From: Polyangiales bacterium
Lineage (GTDB): Bacteria; Myxococcota_A; Polyangia; Polyangiales; Polyangiaceae
Assembly: GCA_038230375.1 (NCBI GenBank)
Contig: JBBRNJ010000018.1
Location: 1 to 64,000, forward strand
DNA: 64,000 nt
Direction of reading: 5' to 3'
The notes under the pieces were generated by a model. It was given only the letters and a program-made list of their open reading frames with translations. It was not told where the DNA came from and did not search any database. The stretch's first letter is position 1. Each line of letters opens with the position of its first letter. Both the position numbers and the translations under genes were made by a program. Shown one piece after another: positions 1 to 11,769 of the stretch.

Positions 1-44
1 ATCTTCCAGTTTCCTGCGATGAGGGCGGGTCGTGATACATGCAT
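1..44 (-). CDS. tpiA: Triosephosphate isomerase, 5' end (runs off window)
   Basis: Minus strand reads MHVSRPALIAGNWK, the TIM N-terminal AGNWK motif; directly downstream of gap-pgk. Confidence 0.9.
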   Translation of the reverse strand, partial: MHVSRPALIAGNWK

Positions 45-51
45 AGTACAA

Positions 52-1260
52 TTATCTCCGGAGGGCTTCGATGCCCGGCAGCTTCTTGCCTTCGATGAGC
101 TCGAGCGAGGCGCCGCCGCCCGTCGAGATGTGCTTCATCTTCTCGGCGATGCCGTCCTTCGCGGCGTGGACCGCGGCGGCGCTGTCACCACCGCCCACCA
201 CCGTGAACGCGGAGGAGTCGGCGATGGCGCGCGCCACACCGAACGTGCCCTTTGCGAACGCCGCCTTCTCGAAGAGGCCCATGGGCCCGTTCCAGAAGAT
301 GGTCTTCGCGGTCGCGAAGCTCTTGCCGAAGAGCTCCACGCTCTTCGGGCCCACGTCGAGCGCCATGAAGCCTTCGGGGATCTCGTTCGCGGAGACCACC
401 TTGCCCTCGGAATCGGTGAGTGACTTGCCCACGACGACGTCAACCGGCAAGAGCACGTCGATCTTCCGTGACTCCGCCTTTTCCAGCAGCGTGCGCGCGA
501 GCGAGAGCTTGTCGCCCTCGACCTTGGAGGCCTGCACGTTGACGCCCTTCGCGGCGAGGAACGTGTTCGCCATGGCGCCGCCGATGACGAGCGTGGAGAT
601 CTTCTCGAGCAGAGCCTCGATCACGAGGATCTTGTCGGACACCTTCGCGCCGCCAAGCACCGCGACGTACGGCTTGTCGGGCGTGGTGAGCAGCTTGCCG
701 AGCGCGTCTATCTCCTTCTGGAGGAGGAACCCCGCGCCCCGCTCCGGAAACATCCGCGCCACGCCGTGAACGCTGGCGTGCGCGCGATGCACGGCGCCGA
801 ACGCGTCGTCCACGTACACGTCCGCGAGATCGCGTAGCGCCTTCGAGAAGTCCGGATCGTCCTTCTCCTCTTCGGGGTGGAAGCGGAGGTTCTCGAGCAG
901 GCAGATCTGCCCTGTGCGCAGATCGTTGATGACCTTCTTCGGGGCGTCGCCGATGCAGTCGTCCGGCAGGTGGACCTCTGCGCCGAGCAGCTCCGCGAGG
1001 CGTGCGCCCACGGGCTCGAGCGAGAGCCCTTCGGTCTTGCCGGGCTTCGGCCTGCCAAGGTGGCTCGCGAGGATCACGCGCGCCTCGCGCTCGAGGAGGT
1101 GCTTGATGGTGGGGAGTGCCTCGCGGATGCGGCTGTCGTCCGTGATCTTCCCATCCTCGAGCGGGACGTTGAAGTCGACGCGAACGAAGACCTTCTTGTT
1201 CTCCACGGGGAGATCCGTGACCGCGGTGATTCCGTCGAAAAAGGCGGTGGTGGTGGTCAC
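52..1260 (-). CDS. pgk: Phosphoglycerate kinase
   Basis: VRVDFNVP, ASHLGRP, LLENLRF, DAFGAVHRAHAS, WNGPMG, GGGDS, STGGGASLE motifs. Confidence 0.98.
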   Translation of the reverse strand: MTTTTAFFDGITAVTDLPVENKKVFVRVDFNVPLEDGKITDDSRIREALPTIKHLLEREARVILASHLGRPKPGKTEGLSLEPVGARLAELLGAEVHLPDDCIGDAPKKVINDLRTGQICLLENLRFHPEEEKDDPDFSKALRDLADVYVDDAFGAVHRAHASVHGVARMFPERGAGFLLQKEIDALGKLLTTPDKPYVAVLGGAKVSDKILVIEALLEKISTLVIGGAMANTFLAAKGVNVQASKVEGDKLSLARTLLEKAESRKIDVLLPVDVVVGKSLTDSEGKVVSANEIPEGFMALDVGPKSVELFGKSFATAKTIFWNGPMGLFEKAAFAKGTFGVARAIADSSAFTVVGGGDSAAAVHAAKDGIAEKMKHISTGGGASLELIEGKKLPGIEALRR

Positions 1261-1269
1261 AGGGGGCTC

Positions 1270-2283
1270 CTAGAGCTTCTTCCCGATGAGATGGGCGACG
1301 TCGATCATGCGGTTCGAGAAGCCCCATTCGTTGTCGTACCAGCTCATGACCTTGGCGAAGTTGTCGCCCAGGACCTGCGTGACCGTGGAGTCGAAGATCG
1401 AGGAGCGCGGATCGCCGATGTAGTCGCTCGAGACGAGCTCGTGCGTCTCGTAGCCGAGGATGCCGTTCATGGGCCCGTCCGCAGCTGCCTTCATGGCTGC
1501 GTGGATCGAGTCCTTCGTCATGGGCTTCTCGGACTGGAAGGTGAGGTCGATGACGCTGACGTCCATCACCGGGACGCGCATGGACTGGCCGTCGAGCTTG
1601 CCCTTGAGCGCGGGAATGACCTCCGCCATGGCCTTCGCTGCGCCAGTGCTGGAAGGGATCATGTTCTGTGCGGCCGCGCGTGCGCGACGAAGGTCGCCCT
1701 TCCGGTGTGGTACGTCGAGGACGGTCTGGTCGTTCGTGTACGCGTGGATGGTCGTCATGAGGCCGGCCTTGATCCCGAACGTGTCGAGCAGGACCTTGGC
1801 GACGGGCGCGAGGCAGTTCGTGGTGCAGGAGCCGTTCGAGACGATGTGGTGCTTCGCCGGATCATAGATGCCGTCGTTGACGCCCATCACGAGCGTGGCG
1901 TCCTGGCCCTTGCCGGGCGCGGACAGGATGATCTTCTTCGCGCCGGCATCGTGGTGGACCGTTGCCTTCTCGCGCTCCAGGAAGAGACCGGTGCACTCGA
2001 GGACGATGTCCACGCCGAGCTCCTTCCACGGGAGCTTCGCTGGGTCCTTCTCTGCGTAGACGTTCGGCTTGTGGATCCCGAAGTCGATGGCGCTCTCGAG
2101 CGCCTGCGCGTGGTTCTTCGGCTGGCGGTGAACGGTGTCGTAGTTGTAGAGGTGCGCGAGCGTCTTCGCGTCCGTGAGATCGTTGATCGCGACGAGCTGG
2201 AGGTCACGGATGCCGCGCTGCTCGAGCGAGCGGACGATGCAGCGACCGATACGACCGAAACCGTTGATGGCGATTTTCCTCAT
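1270..2283 (-). CDS. gap: Type I glyceraldehyde-3-phosphate dehydrogenase
   Basis: INGFGRIGR, catalytic SCTTNCLAP, STGAAKA, WYDNEWGFS. Confidence 0.98.
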   Translation of the reverse strand: MRKIAINGFGRIGRCIVRSLEQRGIRDLQLVAINDLTDAKTLAHLYNYDTVHRQPKNHAQALESAIDFGIHKPNVYAEKDPAKLPWKELGVDIVLECTGLFLEREKATVHHDAGAKKIILSAPGKGQDATLVMGVNDGIYDPAKHHIVSNGSCTTNCLAPVAKVLLDTFGIKAGLMTTIHAYTNDQTVLDVPHRKGDLRRARAAAQNMIPSSTGAAKAMAEVIPALKGKLDGQSMRVPVMDVSVIDLTFQSEKPMTKDSIHAAMKAAADGPMNGILGYETHELVSSDYIGDPRSSIFDSTVTQVLGDNFAKVMSWYDNEWGFSNRMIDVAHLIGKKL

Positions 2284-2398
2284 GGTGGGGCCAACCTAGC
2301 GTGGCCCCCCGGGAGCGGCAAGGGCTCATGAAATGACGCGCATTTTGCGCTATAGGTCGTCGTGCTGTTGAGCCCTTCACGGTAATGTTTCAGGACCG

Positions 2399-3178
2399 AT
2401 GGCAGCTCCGCGACTGAGGCACGCCGCCGTGGCGGCACGCTACGGGTTCACGCGCACGCTCGACATCGTAGAGCGTGGCGTCGATGCGCTCACGCTTGGC
2501 CTCTTTTCTGATGCCTCGATCGATGCGCTGACGGCGCGCTTCTATTCAAGCTCGCCCCACTACGCTGGCGATGAGCACAACCTGCGTGGGCTCCTGGAGT
2601 GGGAGGCAGCGGCCGTTGTGGACCACTTTCCGCCGCGCGGGCGCGTGCTCGTGACGAGCGCGGGTGCGGGACGTGAGGCGCTTGCGCTGGTCGCGCGCGG
2701 CTACGAGGTCGTCGCGACGGAGTGCGTCCCAGCGCTGCACGCGCGGCTCTGCGCAAACCTCGAGACCGCGCCGTCGGCGACGGTCTTGCTCGCGCCGCCC
2801 GATTTCGCGCCCGCGGGGCCGTTCTCCGCGTGCGTGCTCGGGTGGTCGGCCTACACGCATCTCGCCGGACGCACGCGGCGTGAGGCGTTCCTCGCGCGCC
2901 TCGCGATGGAGCTCGCGCCAGGGGCACCGGTGCTCATTTCATATCTCGGTGTACCAAGGCACGGCAGAGGCGCGCGAGCGGCCGCCGCTCTGGCCACCAC
3001 GCTGCGTGCGCCGTTCGGGGGCCGCCCGATCGAGGTGGGGGAGACCACGCTGCCGTCCTGCTTCTATCGCTTCTATGCGCCCGGAGAGGTGGCCGCCGAG
3101 GTGCAGGCGGCGGGCTATCGTGTGGTCCGCGACGCGCAGTATCCGTACCATCACATCGTCGCGCTCGCGCCCGAGTGA
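2399..3178 (+). CDS. Class I SAM-dependent methyltransferase-like protein
   Basis: RVLVTSAGAGREALAL glycine motif I, YEVVATE motif II, LAPGAPVLISY. Confidence 0.65.
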   Translation: MAAPRLRHAAVAARYGFTRTLDIVERGVDALTLGLFSDASIDALTARFYSSSPHYAGDEHNLRGLLEWEAAAVVDHFPPRGRVLVTSAGAGREALALVARGYEVVATECVPALHARLCANLETAPSATVLLAPPDFAPAGPFSACVLGWSAYTHLAGRTRREAFLARLAMELAPGAPVLISYLGVPRHGRGARAAAALATTLRAPFGGRPIEVGETTLPSCFYRFYAPGEVAAEVQAAGYRVVRDAQYPYHHIVALAPE

Positions 3179-3200
3179 GCCCGAGTGAGCCCGAGTGAGC
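3169..3200. repeat. 10-bp tandem repeat (GCCCGAGTGA)x3 between convergent stop codons
   Basis: ccgagtgagc occurs three times in a row at 3171-3200. Confidence 0.9.
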
Positions 3201-4391
3201 TCAGCCCGCGCCGGCGTCCGCAGGGCCGGGAGCGCCAGAATCGCCGCCATCGGTCCCCGCCTCGGAGCCGCCGTCGTTCGGGGGCGGAGGCGTCGGATCC
3301 GGATCAGCGCAGCCGGCCTTGTTGGTGGTCGCGTCGACCTTGCAGGTCTGGTCAATGAGCCCGCAGTCCGTGCGGGTGACCTTCTGCGGACCTTCCGCGT
3401 CGCTCACGCAGCGCACCGCCACGGTGCCGTCGCACGAGCCTTCGATGGGGACGCCCTTGCATGCGGCTGTGTCGCGGAGGAGATCCTGGACCTTCGGGCC
3501 GAACGTCGCATACGACTCGCCGAGCAGGCTGCACGGGTACTTCCAGCCCTTGAACGAGCCGCTCACCGTCGCGACGACCTCGAGCTCGCCGTCAGCGCCC
3601 TTGTGGATGAGCGGTCCGCCGGAGTCGCCGCTGCACGGCTGCGCGTCGTCCTTGCCCAGGCCCACGTAGGCCTCGTAGGAGTCCATGAGCGTGAGGTCCC
3701 AGAACTTGTCGAGGGCCTCCTGGTTCGCCGCGATGTAGTCGTCGCCTTCCATGCCGCGGATGTAGCTGTAGAATGCATCCTTGTTCTCGAACATGGCGTG
3801 CATCGGCTGGCCGCTCGCCGCACGGAGGGTGACGGCACCGGCGCGTCGCTGGCCGCTGTTGCGCTCGCGATCGCGGACACCGAAGCCGACCGCGGTGTAG
3901 ATGGTGCCGACCTCGGCGGGTCCGAGCGATCCCTTGATCACGCGGAGAGGCTTCACGTCGGTGATGGGCTTCTCGAGGATGTAGATCGACACGTCGGAGC
4001 CGTACTGCACGAAGCCGCCTTCGTTGATCGGTGACAGGACTACGGTCTTCGCCTTCACGAGCTGGAGCGGCTTCGTGGAGTCCGGACCAACGGCGAAGTA
4101 GACGTCGTCGTCGTCGATGTAGCGGTGGTTCTCGGGCGGGCCTTCCGTGGCGCAGTGCTTCGCGGTGAGCACCATGTCCGGCGCGATCAACGTCGCTGTG
4201 CAGAAGTAGCTGAAGCTTCCATCCGCTCCCTTGTTGCCGATGGAGCCGATCGCGTTGAGCTTCGCGCCCGTGGCATCGACGCCGCCGACGATGTTGGAGT
4301 CCGAGCTCGATGCGGTGTCCGTGGAGGACGAGCACGCGGTCGCGAGGGAGAGACCAACGACTGTGACGGCGGCAAGGATGAGGGAGCGCAT
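3201..4391 (-). CDS. Trypsin-like (S1) serine protease lipoprotein
   Basis: Start re-set to MRSLILAAV with lipobox LATAC; IVGG, CTATLI, LTAKHC (His), SDVSI (Asp), GDSGGP (Ser); Cys-rich and DGG/DAG-rich tail. Confidence 0.9.
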   Translation of the reverse strand: MRSLILAAVTVVGLSLATACSSSTDTASSSDSNIVGGVDATGAKLNAIGSIGNKGADGSFSYFCTATLIAPDMVLTAKHCATEGPPENHRYIDDDDVYFAVGPDSTKPLQLVKAKTVVLSPINEGGFVQYGSDVSIYILEKPITDVKPLRVIKGSLGPAEVGTIYTAVGFGVRDRERNSGQRRAGAVTLRAASGQPMHAMFENKDAFYSYIRGMEGDDYIAANQEALDKFWDLTLMDSYEAYVGLGKDDAQPCSGDSGGPLIHKGADGELEVVATVSGSFKGWKYPCSLLGESYATFGPKVQDLLRDTAACKGVPIEGSCDGTVAVRCVSDAEGPQKVTRTDCGLIDQTCKVDATTNKAGCADPDPTPPPPNDGGSEAGTDGGDSGAPGPADAGAG

Positions 4392-4578
4392 ACCCACAGA
4401 GGTGCATGATGTAAGCCAGTGTCGCCCAAATGATACTCGATTGAAATGACTGGTCTTTATTCCTTGCGAATGGCCGAAGTGGATCCAGCAGGATCCCGCA
4501 GCGAGACACCAAGTCCCCATGGCCACACAAAGTTCGGCCTCGTAAGCAACCTCGTGACGGGGCGGCCGATGGGAGCGC

Positions 4579-5088
4579 ATGAGCCACCGAACCATCCTCT
4601 CCGCCGCGGTGCTCGCCACCGCAGGCCTGTTGCTCTCGGGGTGCGCCGAGACGACCTTCGAGGTCCCGAAGACCCCCAACCCCGTCATGCTCAGCCCGGT
4701 CGATCGCATCGGCGGTCACGTCGCGGACCCGACCGACAAGAGCGTCGGCTACGTCATGGGACAGGTCCAGTTCCTCTCCGTGGCCAAGACGTCGCAGCAG
4801 AAGCAGGGCAGCGTCACCGTGCAGAAGACCGAGGGGTACGACGAGAGGCTCACCGTCGGCCCGTTCCTCAAGTCCGTCCTCGAGAAGACCGACGGCCAGG
4901 ACGAGCGCACGGTCCGCATCCGCAAGGTGATGATCGCCGCCTACCTCTTCCACATCGGCGGCTATGCCGAGATCAAGCACGGCATCACGACCACAGCCGA
5001 CGTGATGACGCCCGCTCAGCCGGCCACTGCCGCCGCCGCCACTGCATCCACCGACAACAAGCCGGAGCTCGCTCATGTCTCTCGTTGA
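4579..5088 (+). CDS. Hypothetical lipoprotein
   Basis: Signal peptide with LLLSGC lipobox; GGGAG RBS; strong GC3 bias. Confidence 0.75.
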   Translation: MSHRTILSAAVLATAGLLLSGCAETTFEVPKTPNPVMLSPVDRIGGHVADPTDKSVGYVMGQVQFLSVAKTSQQKQGSVTVQKTEGYDERLTVGPFLKSVLEKTDGQDERTVRIRKVMIAAYLFHIGGYAEIKHGITTTADVMTPAQPATAAAATASTDNKPELAHVSR

Positions 5089-5524
5089 AAAATCGCTCTC
5101 GCTCGTGTTCATCGTTGCTCTCACATCGTCCGCCGCGGGCTGTGCGGGCGCCACCACGCAGATCGCGGCAGACACTTCGCGCTACCCGGTCTCCATGTCC
5201 CGCGGCGTGCGCGACGCGGACGGCTCGCTGCTCGCGCTCGAGGACCGCGAGAAGGTCGGTGACCTCCTGATCGAGGACCACGCGTTCGGCCTGCTGTACA
5301 CGGCGATCGACCTCAATCCCAAGACCGACATCTCCGAGCGCGTGAACGCCGAGGTGCAGAGGACGCACGGCGACGCCGTCGTGAACCTTTCGGTGAAGAA
5401 CTCGCAGTGCTTCCTGAATTTCGTCTACCCCGCCACGCTCCTGCCGATCTGGCCGGGCTGCGTGGCCCTCAAGATCCACGGAGACATCATCCGGAAGAAG
5501 CCGCGCGCACAGGTGTCCCGATGA
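5075..5524 (+). CDS. Hypothetical lipoprotein (TRL/Bor-like small lipoprotein)
   Basis: SAAGC lipobox; GDAVVNLSV and a C-terminal Cys pair; overlaps both neighbours. Confidence 0.7.
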   Translation: MSLVEKSLSLVFIVALTSSAAGCAGATTQIAADTSRYPVSMSRGVRDADGSLLALEDREKVGDLLIEDHAFGLLYTAIDLNPKTDISERVNAEVQRTHGDAVVNLSVKNSQCFLNFVYPATLLPIWPGCVALKIHGDIIRKKPRAQVSR

Positions 5525-6003
5525 AAACCAAGATCCTCTCGCTGCTTCTTGCCACCGCTGCCCTCACGCTGGGCGGTCACGCGCTCGCCGACGACACCAA
5601 TGTGTACGAGGCCTCCGAGGAGGACGACGCGTGGCTCCACGGCCGCTGCGCATTCCTGGGCACCCTCGTCACGAAGGACGATCACGTCCGGCTGCTGGAC
5701 GGTGAGATCATGATCCTCGTCGCGCCCATGGGCAACGACGCACGCCTCGTCAAGCGGTTCGCCTGCAAGGAGAAACCTGTATTCTACAAGGAATCCTTCG
5801 TGCCTGCCGTGTGCGAGAAGCTCCCCGAAAAGGACAAGGCCCGCTGCGAAGCGAAGTTCCCGCCGCCCCCGCCGCCTCCCGTGGTCGCACCGCCGGTGGA
5901 GCCTCCGCCTCCCGTCAGCGAGCCGCAGCTGAAGAAGCCAAACAAGCTGAAGAAGCCCGCCGCACAGGCCAAGGTCGCAGCCGTGCGCTCAGCCGGGTTC
6001 TGA
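5521..6003 (+). CDS. Secreted hypothetical protein, four Cys, Pro/Lys-rich tail
   Basis: Start at MKTKILSLLL (ATGA overlap with upstream stop); Sec signal ending ALA-DD. Confidence 0.75.
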   Translation: MKTKILSLLLATAALTLGGHALADDTNVYEASEEDDAWLHGRCAFLGTLVTKDDHVRLLDGEIMILVAPMGNDARLVKRFACKEKPVFYKESFVPAVCEKLPEKDKARCEAKFPPPPPPPVVAPPVEPPPPVSEPQLKKPNKLKKPAAQAKVAAVRSAGF

Positions 6004-6038
6004 GGAGCGCCGGCGTCCAGGTCCTGCGTCACACGGCT

Positions 6039-7106
6039 CTATATCGCGTCGATCCGCTTCAGCACGGAGGAGGCGAGCGCGCCCTGCCTGCCCTTCGCCT
6101 TCGCCGCGATCGCAACCATGGGCCTCGCGTACTCGGCGTGCGCGAGCAGCCACTGCAGCGGTGCGTCCTTGAGCGCGGGTCTTCCGAGCATGGTGAGCAC
6201 CAGCTCCACAGTCTCTGGCGCGCGGATCATGCCGAAGTCGCGGAGCACCGCACCGAGCTTCTGGGGGATGAACTCGCGCGCGGCGAGCCCCTTCATTCCC
6301 TCGGTACCGGCGATCGAGATCGTACGTACGGTGCATCCGTTCTTCGGGCACGCGAGCAGCCGCTCGAGCACGAAGGGAGGATCGTCCGCCGCGTAGTCCA
6401 GGAACCACGCGGGAACGGATGTCCTGCCGTACCTCTGCTTGAGCGCGGCGGAGCCTCCGAGCGACAGCGCAAATCCGTTCGCGACAACGCCAACGTCGCG
6501 GTCCTTCTGTCCGGCGCGTTCGTAGCTTGCTTGCTGCTCGAGGAAGCGCGGTGTGTACTTCGTGACGGCGCGCTTCGACGCGCGGTGGAAGAGGAAGGCG
6601 ATGGTCTCCGCGACGATGCGCTTGAAGCCGGGCTTGTAGATCAGGTAACCGCGGCGGTCTGCCTTGGTCGTGGTCGCCTCGAAGCCGGTCGCGATGGCAT
6701 CGAGGGTCTCGTCGGTGCCGATGATCGCCTCCACCGCGTAGACGAAATTCGAGACGCGCTCGTTGTCCTCGTCCGCGAACGCTCCGATTCCGTCCTGGAG
6801 CCAGGCCTTCGCTTCGGCCTGTGAAGGCGCGCCCTGGATGGCGACCGCCTTCGTGTACGTTCGCGGAGGCACGTCGCGCTGCAGCACGTCGCGGTCGAAG
6901 CGCAGCGCGACCTTGCCGCGCAGATAGCGGTAGAGGACCTCACGCGGCCACAGCCGGTCATACTTGCTGCCGCGTCGCGCCGCGGTGAATGCGGCCTTCT
7001 CGGCGCGCTTGTCGTCCTTGTGTCCATCCGCGAACGCGACCATGTACGGCCAGCCGGCGGCAAGTCGCTCGTCCTCGGCGGGCGTGAAGCAGATGGAGCG
7101 AGGCAT
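6039..7106 (-). CDS. Hypothetical helical protein
   Basis: 355-aa ORF with coding-like composition, 9 bp downstream of bioA. Confidence 0.7.
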   Translation of the reverse strand: MPRSICFTPAEDERLAAGWPYMVAFADGHKDDKRAEKAAFTAARRGSKYDRLWPREVLYRYLRGKVALRFDRDVLQRDVPPRTYTKAVAIQGAPSQAEAKAWLQDGIGAFADEDNERVSNFVYAVEAIIGTDETLDAIATGFEATTTKADRRGYLIYKPGFKRIVAETIAFLFHRASKRAVTKYTPRFLEQQASYERAGQKDRDVGVVANGFALSLGGSAALKQRYGRTSVPAWFLDYAADDPPFVLERLLACPKNGCTVRTISIAGTEGMKGLAAREFIPQKLGAVLRDFGMIRAPETVELVLTMLGRPALKDAPLQWLLAHAEYARPMVAIAAKAKGRQGALASSVLKRIDAI

Positions 7107-7115
7107 GCGTCGACT

Positions 7116-8357
7116 CTACAACGTGTGGGCGAGGGCCGCTGCAAGGAGGTCCAGGTCGGGCTCGTCGATCACGAGCGGCGGCGCCACGTAGACGACGTCC
7201 GCGTGCGCGAGGCGCAGCGGGCGAATGAAGGCGCCGCGCTCCGCGAACGTGGCAGACTGCGGTGCGGTGCCTGGCTTCATCTCGACAACGCCCAGTGCGC
7301 CCACGATGCGCACGTCCGTGACGTTCGTCCTTGCGGCGAGGGGACGCAGGCGCGATTCGAGCTTGTTCGAGAGGGCTTCCACCATTTGCGTGTAGTCTAC
7401 ACGCTCGAACAGATCGAGGCTCGCGTGGGCCGCCGCGCAGGCAAGCGCATTTCCCATGTACGTGGGCCCGTGCTGCAGCGCGTCCTCGCCGCGCTCCGAG
7501 AGGAACTTCGAGAAGACCACCTCGGTTGCGACCACGGCCGCGAGCGGCAGCGTGCCGCCAGTGAGCGCCTTGCCCAGCGTCACGATGTCGGGCGTGACGC
7601 CCGCCGCATCCATCGCGAAGCGCGTTCCGGTGCGGAAGAAGCCCGTCGCGATCTCGTCGAAGATCAGCAGCGCCCCGCTCTCGTCGCAGGCACGTCGCAG
7701 CCTCCGCAGCACATCGGCGCCGTGGAAGCGCATGCCGCCCGCGCACTGCACGAGCGGCTCCACGATCACCGCGGCCACGTCGTTCGCCAGCGTGAGAGGC
7801 ACATCCACAGGGAGCGGCAGGTGAATTGCGTCCACGCCCATCCCTTGGAACGCGCGATGCATCCCGCTCACCGGGTCCGACAGGCTCATCGTGGCGAGCG
7901 TGTCGCCGTGGTACGCGTTCTCGAAGCAGACGATCTTGCGCCGTTGCGCTTCGCCGCGGTTCGCAAACGACTGGAGGGCGATCTTCAGCGCAACCTCCAC
8001 GGACACCGACCCGCTCTCCACGAAGAACACACGCGTCAGCGGTGCAGGCAGCATGTCCGCGAGCCGCTTCGCCAGCGTGTACGCGGGCTCGTTCGCGAGG
8101 CCGCCAAACGCGACATGCGGAAGCGTGCGTAACTGCTCGTCGACCTTCGCGCGAATGTGCGGGTGGTTGTACCCATGCGCCGCCGTCCACCACGATGAAA
8201 TTCCATCGACGAGCTCCCGCCCATCAGAAAGATGCAATCTACACCCATGCGCGCCCACCACAGGCAGTGGCGGCGGCGCGGTCTCGTGCTGGCAGTACGG
8301 CCGCCACACGTGTCGTGCGCCTTCCACGAGCCATGACGGGGGCGGCGGCGAGCTCAT
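7116..8357 (-). CDS. bioA: Adenosylmethionine-8-amino-7-oxononanoate aminotransferase
   Basis: VWRPYCQ, DGISSWW, SGSVSVEVALK, YHGDT, FDEIATGFFRTG, PLP lysine in LGKALTGG, HGPTYMGN. Confidence 0.95.
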   Translation of the reverse strand: MSSPPPPSWLVEGARHVWRPYCQHETAPPPLPVVGAHGCRLHLSDGRELVDGISSWWTAAHGYNHPHIRAKVDEQLRTLPHVAFGGLANEPAYTLAKRLADMLPAPLTRVFFVESGSVSVEVALKIALQSFANRGEAQRRKIVCFENAYHGDTLATMSLSDPVSGMHRAFQGMGVDAIHLPLPVDVPLTLANDVAAVIVEPLVQCAGGMRFHGADVLRRLRRACDESGALLIFDEIATGFFRTGTRFAMDAAGVTPDIVTLGKALTGGTLPLAAVVATEVVFSKFLSERGEDALQHGPTYMGNALACAAAHASLDLFERVDYTQMVEALSNKLESRLRPLAARTNVTDVRIVGALGVVEMKPGTAPQSATFAERGAFIRPLRLAHADVVYVAPPLVIDEPDLDLLAAALAHTL

Positions 8358-8408
8358 CGGAAACGTTCTAGCCTAGGCACAGGCACGCGCCGATGCGATT
8401 CTTGCGGC

Positions 8409-8624
8409 GTGCTGGTCAACGCCTACTGCACCCATCGCGAGCCTCCCGCCCTCGAGTTTCCCCATACGCTGCGCTCACGGCGCGACCGCTCGTCGCCCGA
8501 TCTCGAGGAGCACCTGCGCGGCTTCATGGGCTTCGTCATGAAGGACCTCTGGCCCAGGCGGCCTGGAGTCCGGAGTCGTGATGGAGCGTCACCGTGCGCT
8601 CAACTGGCTCACGCGCGATCATGA
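8409..8624 (+). pseudogene. Probable truncated remnant of a DUF4272-type protein N-terminus
   Basis: MLVNAYCTHREPP..FPHTLRSRRDRSSPDLEEHLRGFMGFV resembles, from memory, the N-terminus of long DUF4272 proteins; degenerates after ~45 codons. Confidence 0.45.
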
Positions 8625-8671
8625 CGCCGACTGGGACGACGTGGACACCGCCACGTGAGCGGTGCGCTGAC

Positions 8672-8708
8672 AAAAAGAGAAGAGGCCCCGGTTTCCCGAG
8701 ACCTCTTC
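8672..8708 (-). terminator. Intrinsic terminator of ftsH
   Basis: Minus strand GAAGAGGTCTCGG-GAAA-CCGGGGCCTCTTC followed by TCTTTTT, ~40 bp after the ftsH stop. Confidence 0.85.
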
Positions 8709-8749
8709 GCCTTCTACAGTGCGGGTGGAGCTCCCGATTCAGGTGCCGC

Positions 8750-10702
<1,953 letters not shown>

Positions 10703-10838
10703 GGTGAAAACCTCGAGGCGGGTGACCAGTGGAACGCGTGAGAGGCGCCCTTGGACCCAAACGACACGATACGGAGAGAAACGAAGGGGTTGAACGCCCA
10801 GGGCAGGCGCAAACGGACGGAAACCAGGTCCTTCTCGA

Positions 10839-10867
10839 AGCCTACACTGAACCTGGGGGACTATCGA
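10839..10867 (-). promoter_or_regulatory. Possible sigma70-type ftsH promoter
   Basis: Minus strand TCGATA-N17-TAGGCT, with an A8 tract further upstream inside the tilS 3' end. Confidence 0.3.
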
Positions 10868-10874
10868 GCCGCCC

Positions 10875-11765
10875 TTACGGCTCAGAATCGTTTTTTTTCG
10901 GCTTCTGCAAAGCTTGAGCACCGCGGACTGAAAGGACAACCCCTCCCTTGAGCGAAACCCGCGCGTTCGCGTTCTTGCTCAGCCCCGCGAGTGTGGCGAG
11001 CGTGCGTTTCGATTCCTTGCGTCTGTCGACAGCATGCCCGAACGTGGTCACCACCTCCGGCGTTGGATCCGCCGCGTTGTTCGCCACGACGGCATCGGCG
11101 AGCTCTGCGAGGTGCTCACGGATGCGCGGTGAGAGTTGCTCCAGAAGGGGAAGGACTTCGTGCCGGACCCTCACGCGCAAAAACCGCGCGGACAGGTTCG
11201 ATGGGTCCTCCGCAAACACCAGGCCGTGTCGTTCAATGTGCGCTCGGACATCTGCGCGGCTCGCGGCGATGAATGGCCGCACGCGGTCGCGCTCTCGCGC
11301 CGGCAGCACGGCGAGTGCCGGGAGTGGCGCTCCTCTCAGGACGCGGATGAGCACGGTCTCGGCGCGATCGTCCTGGTGATGCCCCGTGGCGATGACGTCC
11401 GCCCCGGCCTCTGCCTTCGCGCGCTCGAGCGAAGCCCACCGTGCGGTCCGCGCGCGCGCCTGCAGGTTCGACCCAGGAGCGACGGACAGCGTCGTGCTCG
11501 CGAACGGGACGCCGTGTGCGCGCGCGAGGTCCGCCGCGAGCATGAGCTCTGTCGCCGCGTCGGGGCGCAAGCCGTGGTCCACCCCATGCGCGCTGACGGC
11601 GCCGATCACCCCACGCTCAAGAAGCATGCAACATACATGCAGTAGCGCGATCGAGTCTGGGCCCCCGCTGACCGCGACGAGCACGTGTGACGTGGAGGTG
11701 AGGCCGCACGGCCCGCGGACCGCGCGCCGAGCCAGCGTCAGCAGAGTCGGTGGGTGCGAACGCAT
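10875..11765 (-). CDS. tilS: tRNA(Ile)-lysidine synthetase, short form
   Basis: Start re-set to [17 protein letters not shown]-loop, [30 protein letters not shown]; upstream of ftsH. Confidence 0.93.
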   Translation of the reverse strand: MRSHPPTLLTLARRAVRGPCGLTSTSHVLVAVSGGPDSIALLHVCCMLLERGVIGAVSAHGVDHGLRPDAATELMLAADLARAHGVPFASTTLSVAPGSNLQARARTARWASLERAKAEAGADVIATGHHQDDRAETVLIRVLRGAPLPALAVLPARERDRVRPFIAASRADVRAHIERHGLVFAEDPSNLSARFLRVRVRHEVLPLLEQLSPRIREHLAELADAVVANNAADPTPEVVTTFGHAVDRRKESKRTLATLAGLSKNANARVSLKGGVVLSVRGAQALQKPKKNDSEP

Positions 11766-11769
11766 CGCG

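Noticed and set aside
3169..3200. CRISPR array at the tandem repeats (also 30424 and 60009)
   Set aside because: Units are 6-10 bp with no spacers and no cas genes
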